From assembly GCF_025526975.1 (NCBI RefSeq), contig NW_026515670.1, positions 1,426,001 to 1,490,000 on the forward strand: 64,000 bases of DNA. Reading direction: 5' to 3'. This document shows positions 38,595 to 50,821 of this stretch, piece by piece; position 1 is the first letter of the stretch, and each line of letters opens with the position of its first letter. Source of the stretch: Fimicolochytrium jonesii. Taxonomy: Eukaryota. Both the position numbers and the translations under genes were made by a program. Below the pieces are notes generated by a model. It made no database searches. It was not told the DNA's origin and was given only the letters and a program-made list of their open reading frames with translations.

Positions 38595-39712
38595 ATGTTC
38601 ACAACCATATTAGCCGGCAGAACAGCACCTCTCGCCGCAACGCGGTCCCGAGCGGTCCCCCGGGTCGCAACGCGCGCAGCGCAGGCCGCGATCAGTCTCC
38701 ATGTCGCCGGATACGCTTCCCAGGTCAAGCCCATCGAGCGCATCGCGGTCGTCGGTTCCGGTCTGATGGGCGCTGGAGTCGTCCAAGTCGCCGCCCAAGC
38801 AGGCTTGCACGTCTACATGGTCGACTTGAACGACGAGTCCTTGCGCAAGGGCGAGAAGATCATCACCTCGTCCCTGAAACGTGTCGCGAAGAAGAAGTTC
38901 GGGGGCGATGCGGAGGGAGCAGACGCACGAGCGTACATCGACGATGTCATGTCCCGCGTGAAGCTGTCCAAGGACTCGGCCGCCGCTGCGAGCGACTCCC
39001 AGCTGGTCGTGGAGGCCATCGTCGAGAACTTGCAGACCAAGCAGGCGCTGTTCCGAGGCCTGGACAAGGCTGCACCCGCGGAAACGATTTTTGTCAGCAA
39101 CACGTCCTCTCTGCCCATCGGCGACATTGCTTCTGCGACGGGAGCGGCCCGCCAAGCTCAGTTCGCAGGCATGCACTTCTTCAACCCGGTGCCACAAATG
39201 AAGCTTGTCGAAATCATCCGGACGCCTCAAACATCCGATGCTGTGTTTGATGCCTTGGTTGCCGTTACAAAGAAGATCGGAAAGGTCCCAGTTGCATGTA
39301 GGTGTTTCCCAACCAGTCCATTCTCCTAATTATCTTACTGAAATACGCCTCACATTCTCCAGGCAAAGATACTCCCGGCTTCATCGTCAACCGTCTACTC
39401 GTTCCCTACATGATGGAAGCCCTTCGCCTAGTAGAACGCGGCGACGCATCAAAGGAGGACGTCGACACCGCAATGAAACTGGGAGCAGGATACCCCATGG
39501 GGCCCTTCGAGTTGCTCGACTACGTTGGTCTGGACACCACAAAGTACATCACAGATGGGTGGTATCAGTTTGGGAAGGGTTTGAAGGGGGACAAATTGGT
39601 CGGACCGTCGTCGCTGCTGGACAAGCTTGTAGAGGAGAAGAAACTTGGGCGGAAGTCTGGGGAAGGCTTCTACTCCTATCAGGGGGTGGGTGCCGATAAG
39701 GGCAAGCGTTAA
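38595..39712 (+). CDS. HADH: Mitochondrial 3-hydroxyacyl-CoA dehydrogenase
   Basis: Presequence; [38 protein letters not shown]; intron 39298-39362; [21 protein letters not shown]. Confidence 0.97.
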
Positions 39713-40101
39713 GCTCTGCTTGCTTTACAATCAACCCATTTCGGAATATGATTTCATAGATTGACAGAAGTTGCATGTGCGAAGCAATTGGGCTTTTGGC
39801 CGGTACACTAGTCTTTGATGGTGCTGTCCCAGGCCTCCCTCAAAGCCGATGCAATAGCTGATACAGGGTCCCGGTCCCCAGGCGCTCAAGAAACGGAACG
39901 TGCAAGACGTGTTGCTGTCATTCCAGACTGTCATTCCGTGGACTCCAGAAACTCGCAATTTCCTACCCGGGTGTCAGCGCTCGGTCAACGATCTAACGAC
40001 CCCACTGTCCAACCCATCTCAAGATTGTATTGTTGAAGCGGGTGTTCTGAGGTTGTCACGAAGCCCACTCATCCCCACAATCTAAACTTCTGAACCCCGA
40101 A

Positions 40102-42959
40102 ATGGCGTTCTGGAAGGTAACCTCCCGCTGTTCGCCCTGAAATGCTAGCTTCCCCCCTAACGTTTTCCTGCACACAAATATCTATTTTGTAGCCTGGAAC
40201 AGTTGCGCCAGGTAAGAAACAGGTGACTGCCAGCCTTACCTTCCTGCGGCAAATACTCACAAGGATGCCATCGCTCGAACAGGTAGCAGCATAGACCGCG
40301 AGTCCGAGAAAGAGGAAGGCCAAGCAGTGACAGCTCAATACAATGCGAATGCCAACGCATCCCTAAGCGAACAACGCCTGCGATTACCGATATATAAAAA
40401 CAGTGCGTGGGTCTCTCGGTCGGTTGGGGGGTCGACCCTTCCGGGGCTCGACGTGACGCTGACCTCGGTTTGGCTATAGGAAAACAGATCCTGTACTTGG
40501 TGGAGAAGTACCAGGTGGTCGTGGTGGTTGGACAGACGGGGTCGGGGAAGACGACACGTAGGTCTCGGTCAAAGTTTCAGGCGAGCGATGTTGGTGGGAC
40601 ATGGGTTGCTGATCTGGTGACTTCGTAGAGGTCCCGCAGTATCTGCACGAGGCGGGATGGACAGCGCAAGGGCATGTTGTTGCGTGTACGCAGGTGAGAA
40701 AGGCCCGTGGAAGCAGGCCTTCGGCGCGATGATGCGATATGCTGATATTCTTCTCAGCCAAGGCGGGTTGCAGCAACGACGGTGGCGACGAGGGTAGCAG
40801 ATGAGATGGGGGTGGTTCTTGGGCAGCAAGTGAGTACAACATTGCGTTCCGTTCACACAACGTTCACGCCAGCTCAAACTCGCACTTTTTAGGTTGGGTA
40901 CACGATTCGCTTCGACGATTGCTCCGACAGCACCACCACGCGAATAAAATACATGACGGACGGGATGCTGTTCCGCGAGACGCTGCTGGATCCGCTGCTG
41001 ACGAAGTATAGCGTGATCATGATTGATGAGGCGCATGAACGCACGTTGTACACGGATATATTGGTTGGGACGCTGAAAAAGTACGTCCTAAGAACCTATT
41101 TGGGACAGTTTCCTAGATTGTGGCTGACGTCTTTATGTGTTAGGATTTTGAAAAAGCGACCGGAGTTGCGCGTCATTATCTCGTCGGCTACCCTGGATGC
41201 GGAAGCCTTCTATGATTTCTTTAACACCAATACCACGGAGGATGTGATGCAGGATAATGCTGTCATTATGTCTATGGAAGGACGAATGTTTCCTGGTAAG
41301 CAGAGTTCGACGGAGGGCTGGCAACCGCCCACTGAGACCTTGTTGGACCCATTTTCTAACGCCCCTGATGGTTCCAGTTGACATATGCTATCTTCAAGAG
41401 CCGTCGAGCAATTACCTGACGACAGTAGTGGAGACGGTGTTCAAGATCCACGAGAAAGAACCGGCGGGGGACGTCCTGGTCTTTCTGACCGGGCGGGACG
41501 AGATCGATACAGCGATATCGCTCATCAACGAGCGTGCGCACACGTACGGGCCCACTCATCAGATATCCGCGCTTCCGCTGTATGGCGGGCTCACGTTCGA
41601 GGAGCAGCTCGCAGCGTTCGAGCCGCCAGAACGGGGCACACGAAAAGTGGTCGTCTCTACCAACATCGCCGAAGCGTCCGTGACGATCGACGGTATCGTA
41701 TACGTCGTCGACGCCGGCTTCGTCAAACTGCGGGCGTACAACCCGAAAACGGACATGGAGAGCCTGATGGTCTCGACGATCTCCCAAGCCTCCGCGCAGC
41801 AACGCGCCGGAAGAGCGGGGCGAACGCGACCCGGCAAGGCGTTCCGTCTCTACACCGAAGCCGCGTTCAACAACCTCCCGACCAACGGGATCCCCGAGAT
41901 GCAGCGAAGCAACCTGGCTCCGCTCGTCCTGCAGCTCAAAGCCCTCGGCATCGAGAACGTGCTCTACTTTGACTTTGTGTCCCCGCCGCCCGTATCCAAC
42001 CTCACCAAAGCGCTGGAACTTCTATACTCCCTTGGCGCGTTGGACGACTACGGCCGCCTGACAATGCCGTTTGGCATGCATCTCGCTGAGTTCCCTGTCG
42101 ACCCGCTGCTGGCGACGATGCTGCTTAACTCGTTGAAGATGAAGTGCGCGGAGGATATGCTGACGATCGCGGCGATGTTGTCGGTGCAGAGCGTGTTTGT
42201 GGGTGGGGATGGGCAGCGCAGGGAGGCGGAGGAGGAACGGAGGAAGTTTGCGGTTGAGGAGGGGGATCATATCACCTACCTAAATGGTTCGTACCGACAC
42301 GTTTTCCCCGTCGCCAACATTCGCCAGCTTAATGTGATCTAATCAAGTGTGCCTTCTCCGTAAAACAGTATACAACGCCTTCCTCCGCCACAACAGATCC
42401 CCCAAATGGTGCTACCACCACCTTCTCAACCACAAATCCCTACAACGCGCCGTCGCCGTCCGCGCCCAGCTGCGCAAATACCTCGCCCGCTTTGGCATGC
42501 CGATCGAGTCTGCTAATGGTGACATTGACGTGATTAGGAAGTGTATTGTCAGCGGCTACTTTTCGCATGCGGCTAAATTGAGGCCGGATGGAAGTTATGG
42601 GACGGTTTTGCATAATGAGGTAAACAAAAATGACGCCTGAAGCGAAGAGTCTGGTTAAGGGTTTGCGAGCTGACAATCTGTTTTTTTGGTTGATGCCACA
42701 GATCCTCCACATCCACCCCAACTCCGTCCTCTTCCGACGATCCCCCGCATGGGTGGTCTTCCACGAAGGTAAAACCACTCAGGGCAGTTCCCATCTCCCC
42801 AACGCTGCCCCACTCACACGTGCGGTCACTCTTCCCCCTACAGTCGTAGAAACAACTAAACCCTTCATGCGCGACCTTACCGTTATCGAACCGGACTGGC
42901 TCACTGAACTGGCGCCGCACTTTTATGAACGGAAGACGGTTGCGCCGAGTGGGAGGTGA
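40102..42959 (+). CDS. DHX35: DEAH-box RNA helicase DHX35
   Basis: Micro-exons MAFWK (40102-40116) and PGTVAP (40193-40211); [49 protein letters not shown]. Confidence 0.93.
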
Positions 42960-43283
42960 TATGCGGGGAAATCGGGGGCAGCTGGGCCACCTAGGGCCAC
43001 AAACAACCGCGGATCGCAGCGGTATCGGGTTTTTTGCAGGCAGTAGGAATGAAATGTGGGTCGAGAGGGTGGGGATGGGTTCATGTGTGGTATTGGGTGG
43101 TGTAGGCTTATGTAGAGTGTATTGTGCATACTTATTTTTTTTGGGTGGATAGAGCTTTCGAATAGACGGGCGTAGGGAGAGAGGAACGATCTAGCTCATG
43201 GATTCGCGAACGGAAGTCGCACTTGCCGGAGGGAATACACCTCAGCGGTACATGCAGCCCACAGTAACATACACAGCAGCCCA

Positions 43284-43285
43284 CC

Positions 43286-43319
<34 letters not shown>
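43284..43319 (+). repeat. (CT)n microsatellite
   Basis: Visible dinucleotide run upstream of ASA1. Confidence 0.9.
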
Positions 43320-43387
43320 AGCACGGCTGTCCTGAGTCTCCAGTCTCAGCACGTATTCTGCATTTACTCGCCAACCCAATCCACTCA

Positions 43388-44913
43388 ATGACCCAAAGCA
43401 TCCTCCCGTCCCCCACCGCTCCCCCAACATCCCCTTCAACCGACCCAATCTACACCCTCCGCGGCCACACCGCAGACATCTCCGCCCTCTCCTTCCTTTC
43501 GTGCGACACACTCCTTGCATCCGGGTAAGCCACCAGAAAGAAACCCCCCACCCGCAATCACACACGCGTGTGAAGATCATCATGCCGTCGCGCATGCACT
43601 AAAGCTTGGAAACATTGCAGGGATGTGGAAGGCAACGTGATATTCTGGGCGGTAGCAACCCGCCGACCAGTCGGGAAGTGGAAGCTGCATGAGAAGGGGA
43701 TATTGGCTGTCGAGGGGATCGGTGGGGGGATGGTTCTCAGGTGCGAGAGATCAACCATCCCCAGCCCAGGGCCACATATGCTCAGACTGATTATGGGAAG
43801 TACAGCCATGGCAGAGACGACCAGCTCCACTTCTGGACCATCTCCTCCCTCCTATCTCAACCCGACTCCCAATCGACCCCGCCACCGGCCCCAACCCCAA
43901 CCTTGACCCTAACAGTCAACTCCCTCAACTTCTGCTCCGTCTCCTTCCTAGCTCCCCGGCCCTCCCGGTCCCTCATCACCTCCCCCTCTCTCGCCACGTC
44001 CACCCTCCTGGCCCTCCCCTCCCTCACCTCCAACGACGCCATCGATGTCTACAGCCTCGGGGAGCGCCGGTACGCTGTCTCGGGGCTAGCGTCACCCAAA
44101 ACGGGGATGTGCATGTGTCTAAAGTTGGTGAGATGGGACGATGGCGAGGTGGGGTTGGTAGCGGGTTACGAGAGTGGGGAGGTTGTTGTGTGGGACTTGG
44201 CGGCTGGGAGGGTGGTGGAGAGGAGGAGGGTTGATGATGAGCCTGGTAAGTCAACAATCGCCCCAGTTTCCCCCATTGCACAGTATGCTTGATTGTCCCC
44301 TTTGACGTTTCACAGTTCCACATCAGCACAACTGACTCCCCTTTCCCCCCTCCCATTCCGATCCAGTTCTGTCACTAGACACCGCACCCGCCGACCCCCA
44401 GACCCTCCTCACAACCACCGCCTCCACCCTCCTCACCAAACTCAACCTCGACCCCACCACCCACACCATAACCTCAACGCGTTTGGTGCAGACGCCGAGC
44501 AAAGGGAACGCGTGTGTGGCGATCAGACGGGATGGGAGGGTGGCGGTTGTGGGCGGGTGGGATAATATGTGAGTATGCCCCCGTTGTTACAGGGCGCTTT
44601 TTTTGGGAAGGGCCCATGGATCTTGATGCGCTTCTTTTTCGTTTTCAGGATACGGGTGTATGGGGTGAAAAGTATGAAGCAGTTGGCGGTGTTGAGGGCG
44701 CATCGGGGGGGGGTGCAGTGTGTGGCGTTTCCAAGGAGTAGCGGTGGAGGTGAAGATGCGGATGCGGATGCAGGTGCGGATGCGGCGGCAAACACCATCA
44801 AGGATGAGGGTGTCAGTGTGGGATTGGGCATAGGAGGACTACCACCCGCGCCGGCTAATATGTTTGCGGCGGGCGCGAAGGACGGGACTGTTACGCTTTG
44901 GCAGGTATACTGA
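43388..44913 (+). CDS. ASA1: WD40 protein Asa1/GNB1L (TTT/ASTRA-associated)
   Basis: PIYTLRGH...LASG|DVEGNVIFWAVATRRP; S|HGRDDQLHFW; VNSLNFC; KTGMCMCL; AGYESG; IRRDG...GGWD; KQLAVLRAH; AAGAKDGTVTLWQVY. Confidence 0.88.
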
Positions 44914-45498
44914 GCCGGGGGGGCGTATCGTTGCGTAGTTTGCTAGGTGGGGTCTTCTCATCGTACAGCGAGGAGCAAACGGTGTGCTCTGAATGAGAAG
45001 GTAGGGCGTATCTAGCTTTCTTCAGTTTGTAGAGAACTATGTAGTATAGAATCCGGGTCCACACAACCCGTAGCTAGCGGAGGGAGTTCACACGTAGTGC
45101 CTCGATACTGCCTGCAACGACGACTTTGATACCCATCCAATGGATGTTTCAACCTAGCGGACAAACTCCAGATGCGGGGATTGAGGGTCTAGACGGACGT
45201 TTGCTGAAGGAACATCACACTCAAATAAACGGCCACAAGTGACGAGTCCCCCAGATCATGCAACAGCCGTTGAGACGATTGGGCACCCTCGCCGCTTCGC
45301 AAGTCCGCAATGCCGACGGACCAACACGTTTGCATAACCAAATCTCGGGTACTGACAAAAGAACTGCTATTGAGCGGGGGGGTTCGATTATGTACAACGG
45401 GAATGGCCTCCCCAAAAAGAAAACTGCTCTCGTTTGCGCCGGCCCTCCCCCCAGATCAGGCACAAAAAAAAAGAAATTACAAAAACGTATATCCTCCC

Positions 45499-45753
45499 TC
45501 ACAGCCCATTCTCCGTGACCAGATTCGGCGTCAACGTGCCGTCCGCACCCTTTCTGATCCCCGCCTGCTGATTCTTCTCGGCGTCCCGCTTGGCAGGGTC
45601 GTGTTCCGCGTACGCGGCGAGGGTGGCGTCCCGCGTGGTGGAGGCTGCGGCGATGGTTGTGGTGTCGAAGGCGATGGTGGGTGGGGTGGAGGTAATGGGT
45701 GGGGTTGCGAGGGGGTTGGTGGGTTGTTGGGTGGTGGTGGGATGGGTGGACAT
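45499..45753 (-). CDS. Small hypothetical Thr/Pro-rich hydrophilic protein (84 aa)
   Basis: ORF MSTHPTTTQQPTNP...ENGL* with AAAATG start context and an upstream TATATAAAA (about 45917-45926); no recognisable domain. Confidence 0.45.
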   Translation of the reverse strand: MSTHPTTTQQPTNPLATPPITSTPPTIAFDTTTIAAASTTRDATLAAYAEHDPAKRDAEKNQQAGIRKGADGTLTPNLVTENGL

Positions 45754-46334
45754 TTTGTTGAGATGTGGGCGTGCGAGATGCGGGGTGGTTTGTTCTTTTG
45801 TGCTTTTGGGTGGTGGCCTTTTGGGGTGAGAGTGAAGTCTTGACTGCTTCTTCCTTTTTGGTTTGGTCCAATCTGGAATGAGGTTTGCTATCCGGGGCCG
45901 GCCTGCCTCCTTGGGCTTTTTATATACGTAGCAGTCCAAAACGTACAGTACAATACAGTAGGTCCGACGGGCGCGTGAAATTGACGGCACTTGGTTGTTA
46001 TATAGGGGCCCCGTCAGTCACCCCCAACGGCGATCTTCCCCTCTCCCACCGCCACCGCACAACAGTGGGATGATCACACCATAGGGGATAGGAGGAAGGG
46101 ATTTATCGATATCAAGCGAGGTATAATTCACTAGAAATCAGTAGGAACAGAAGCCGAACACCAAAAATTTCCTTTCTACATCCTATCCTACAACCCTAAA
46201 CAAAAACTTTTCGTACGCCTTCAATGAGGTTCATGTGACCTATTTCAAGTTCGCCAGTTGAAATCTTGCCGATTTGAGCCTCGGACTGGATGGCTCCGCG
46301 GGACATTATGGCGACGTCCATCACTTCCACATGG

Positions 46335-47185
46335 CTATCTGTGGTCCCCCGGTGCTCTCCTGAAGACCGTCGCGGTGAGTATCCCAAGCGCCGCGACCGC
46401 TGCCCCTACAATTGCCATTCCCACGAGTCCCTCTGTAAATCAACCACAGTGTGAGTATCAACATTGAGCCCATTGCAAAACCAAGGGAGGACATACCAGA
46501 CTTGACTTTTGCATCAATCAACTGTCTAAGAGGCAGCCCCTGCCGATTGCTCGTCTCCAGTTGGAGGAGGGTTTCGTTGTACTTGCGGGCATACTGATGC
46601 GTGTTCAGAAAAGGGGTGAGAAGAGATGATCCCCATTCCATTCTACTGACTAAACCCGCAATATACATACGCGATAATTGCCCATCTTGTACTCTCCCAA
46701 TGCTAGGTAATAGAGACATTCACGACGACGGCTGGGGACTTCTTTGTAAATTTCTGTAGGGGTTGGGTGATGGATTATCAGCAGCGTGATGATGCGGTTC
46801 ACTCAAATTCCTCTGGTTCGCCAACAGCAATAGGTATAGAGGTAAATGGTGTGCCTACCGTGCAAAAGCTCGATCCCCTTCTCCTGGTCAGTCCTAGCGC
46901 GGCTTCGCACTACACCCCACAAATTCGTTCAGCAATTGCATCCATCTGAACAACAAGGCAAAAGAAGGATACCATACCTAGCGCCCAAGCATAGTTGAAC
47001 TTTGTCTGCGGGCGGGACTTTTCCTCCTTCAAGTATGCTTCACGGAGGAGCTGGTGGGGAAATAAGCGTGCAATTGTCAGGAAAACAGCCTATGTTCATA
47101 GGGACGCAACTAGAACGAAACTCACATCAACTTCCTGCGGAGACAGCGACATTTCCGCCTCGGTGGCGTTGGGTAGGGAGTCCAT
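46335..47185 (-). CDS. FIS1: Mitochondrial fission protein Fis1 (6 exons; missed by ORF track)
   Basis: Spliced: [153 protein letters not shown]. Confidence 0.93.
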
Positions 47186-47625
47186 TTGGCGGGTGCCGCT
47201 ATTGTGGTGCGTTGCGTGAGTGGACGGAATGTCCTCGGGATGGCGACTGAATGAGGCTGAGACTAGTATCGGTGTGGAAGCGGGAACGGCGCAAACTTGG
47301 AAGTTCAGGGTATCAGGGGATTTGAATTCTATCCTTGCACTGGGGCTGCTGGCTGTGTTTTGCACTAGTAACTTGAAGCGATCTGGCAATGGAGTGTACT
47401 GTAATGCGCCAAGGAGCCTTTTGCGGGATTCCCATGACGCTCGATCTTCCTTTCCCGCATGATGACTGCATGGCCGCTGTCAAATGTGCGTCGCTTCCGC
47501 ATGCTGTCAAGTTTATACGTTTCGGCTGCCTTCCTTCCGGACTCAATGCATCCATTACTACTATACAAAAGAATACGAGGAGATAACCTTGACTCTCTGC
47601 CATCGAGCAACGGTTTCGTCCTAGT

Positions 47626-50614
47626 TCATTGGAATATCCGGAACGTCCCATCTAGAATTGAGGTGCATTGCGGTCAGTCTGCATGTCAAGAAATGTTGAA
47701 AACCGGAAGATAAATGCAACTCACCACTCCCCCCAACAACAACCCCTTCCCCCCTCCGATCAACCACAACCCCCGAACACCCCTCCTCACACGCCATCCA
47801 CTCCCTCACCGCCCCACTCCCACTCAGCCCGCCGCCCACCAACGCCTTGACCCCCACAGCCCTGCACATCCCATCATTGCTCGCAACAACCACCGTCGAC
47901 CCGCTCCCGTCAAACGCGACTTTGTTGGCTGCATGGGGCCCGAAATCGGCGGATGCGAGCTCCGAGGCGCTGCGGAGGTCCCAGAGTTTGATGGTGCCGT
48001 CGGCATCGCAGGAGGTTAGCGTGTGGGTGTTCTGCAAAATCAATTCAAGGGTTAGTCCGGGGCGAGCGAAGAGAGGTGCTGAGGATGCTTGAGCCCGAGC
48101 GTAGCGAGCGCCACCCCTAATCAGGTTAGCGAGCCTCAGCGAGCGTCAGATCTTCTGGGAGCGAAGCGAGTACCACATTCCGCCAAAGGCGTAATACTTC
48201 CCTCACCCATTCGGCCCGCCTCATGGTCGCGAGCGGAGCGAGCAGGGTGTCCTTCAAGCATCCAACCCTCCACACATCCACACATCCAACACTCAACCAT
48301 CCGACCCTTCGACACCTCCCCACCCCATCTCCCCCCCGACTCACATTAAGCGCATTCGCCGCACAATTAACCGCATTCGAATGCCCATACAGCGTCTGCA
48401 CACACAACCCGCTCCTTGCGTCCCACAACGAAATGGTCTTATCCCCCGAACACGTGTACAGCGTGTTGGTGTACGGCAGCCAGCCGACGTGGTTGACGGC
48501 GTCGGCGTGCCCGCGGAAGGTTTGGCGGCATCTCGCCCTGAAATCATCCACGCGGGGTGTGAGTTCACTGTCCACATATCACAGACGATGAGAAAAACGA
48601 GTCGACGTACGTGGTCAAATCCCACAATTTCGCAGTCTGATCCCCTGAGGCACTTGCGAGCCAATCCCCGGTATCATGGAATGCGCACCCCCACACCGCC
48701 TGCGTGTGGTCGTTCAGGGTGGCTACCACCGAGCCCTTCGCAAAGTCCCATATCTTCACTGTCCCATCGCCTGATGATGTCGCTAGTTGTGTTCCACTTC
48801 TAACAAAAAAAAATGAAGTAGTGTAGTTTTAGTGGGGTGGGTTGTGTGTGAGGGAATGCGGTGGGGGAAAAGGAAACGACGCTTACTTGGGGTGAAAATC
48901 ACACTCAGAAACCCAATCCCGATGCCCTGTCCCGCTCATCACCAGCTCGCCGGAGGGGAAGGCCCACATCTTCCAGGTCTTGTCATCCGATACCGTTACT
49001 AGTATCATCTTCTTTGGGTGGAACTTCAACCTGAGCAACAACATCAATCCCACTATCCCACCTCGTGTTGTATTTGACCTGAGATGTGAGTACGTACGAA
49101 CTGATAGCCATCTCGTGCGCCTTGACAACATGCACCTGTTTCAACCCGCCCGCTTTCAAACTCGGTAACTCGGTAGTTGCGTACGGGTTCGGCCGGTCTT
49201 CAGTGGGTAGGGTGGTTTGTTTTTTCTGCGTTGATGTTGGTTGAGGGGATTTGGTGCCGTCGGGACGGGATTTGCGGGCTGAGCCTATGGTCGGGAAGTG
49301 TGTGAGATTGGGGCGTGGGAGGGAGGAGGGAGAAGTGGGGGGAGGGGAGGGGGGGGGATGTCGCCTACCTCCGGGCGACTCGCCGGTCTTACGTTCTTGC
49401 CGTATCTGCGTTTCCAGGGCCGTAACCTATCACCCGACACCCCACCATCAGCTCTCCCTCCCAACTTGCTTCCCCACACAGATCCCCGAACCATTTACCT
49501 TCCCAGCCAACCGTTCCCTCTCCAACCGCACAAGCATCTTCTCCTTCATCGCGCTCTCATATTTCCCCCTCAGACTCTTCGCCATGGCCTCGTACCCTTC
49601 GTAATGGGTTTTGAGGCGTTTGATGTCGTTCAGCAGCCGGTTTTTTTCTTGGACGACGCGTTTGTGATGCATGCGGTGGAAGTCGCGCTCTTTGCGGAGT
49701 TTATCGTACGTTGAGCGTGCTTTACTGTTGCGAGCGAAGCAGCGGGCCAAAACCAGTAAGCGAGTACAGCGGGATCGTAAGTAGGTCATGCGAGGGGGGT
49801 GATCGGACAGATGAGGTGATAGCATACCTAGCGATATCCTTATACGTCTCCACATCCACCCTCAACTTCTGCAACGCGTCCGCGAGCTCCTGGTTGCGGA
49901 GGTAGACGTCGGGAACGGGTGTGATATCCTCTTGGCTGAGTTTGCCGCGTTGTTGGAATTCGTACCATTCATTCTGCGGGGGGGAGTTCAGAGTGTAAGG
50001 TTGACCGTGGATGGGATGGAGGAGGGGTGGGTGGGGAGGGAACGGGGTACCTGGAAGGCGTCGAGGGATTTGAGGAGGCCTTTACTGGATAGCCAGTTCC
50101 GCACATAGTCGTCGACGACTTCGGGGCGTTTGGTGAGTTTGGGCACGGGCGGTTCTTCGGATTTCGGTGATGTTTCCGTCGCCACTACCATTTCAGAAAG
50201 TACAAAGCAGGCCCATCGCCCGTCAACAAATCACATCCCGCCCCAGAACCGAAACGCCCCCCCAGTTTATTACCCCCCCCCCCCCCCTTACCCACCTCCA
50301 AACAACCGCCCCTCATTCAACCTCCGAACAGCCCTCTCAAGCGTCTCCTCATCATCATCCTCCTCATCCTCAAACTCCTCCACAGGGACCTCCTCATAAC
50401 TAATATGATCATCCTCATCTGCATCGATGGCGAAGCTGTCGAGGGCGGGTTCGAGGAAGTAGGAGGGGGTTAGGGTGGTTGTTGGCGGGTTGATTGTTGT
50501 TGGTGGGGGAGAGGGGAGGGAAGAGGTGCTGTGGACGAGGTCCGGGTGTTTTGCGGAGGGCAGGCGGGGGAGGGGGGCTGGACGGGAGGGGAGGGAGGTT
50601 ATGCCGGCGCTCAT
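47626..50614 (-). CDS. SPAG16: Axonemal central-pair WD40 protein SPAG16/PF20
   Basis: RPEVVDDYVRNWL...FQ|NEWYE; PDVYLRNQEL; DKLRKERDFHRMHHKRVVQEKNRL; WD40 repeats (FHPKK...SDDKTWKMW, CRQTFRGHADAVN); ends DGTFRIFQ*. Confidence 0.95.
48083..48263 (+). repeat. Dispersed hairpin-rich intronic element, copy 2, bounded by a 10-bp inverted repeat
   Basis: GGATGCTTGA (48083-48092) / TCAAGCATCC (48254-48263); internal motifs shared with 20192-20289; lies in the 313-nt SPAG16 intron 48032-48344. Confidence 0.65.
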
Positions 50615-50821
50615 GATGAAGCGAGGGTGTGTGTTGCCGACGGCAGTGGAAGGCCGAGAGACGACGGGAGGGAGAATGAACGCCGCACAGCGTAGAGAAC
50701 CCCCGTGGAGAAAGGGCGGAGTTGAGGGAACCGGCGGCCACGCAACGCGTCTCGCCAAAGCTTCTCCTCCCCCGAGACTTTGAACGCTCAGCTTTCGACC
50801 AACCACCAGCTGCAGACAAAC

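Noticed and set aside
50633..50648. GTTGCCGACGGCAG resembling an RFX X-box upstream of SPAG16
   Set aside because: Imperfect half-site, and no comparable motif found at CFAP298 or WDR34.
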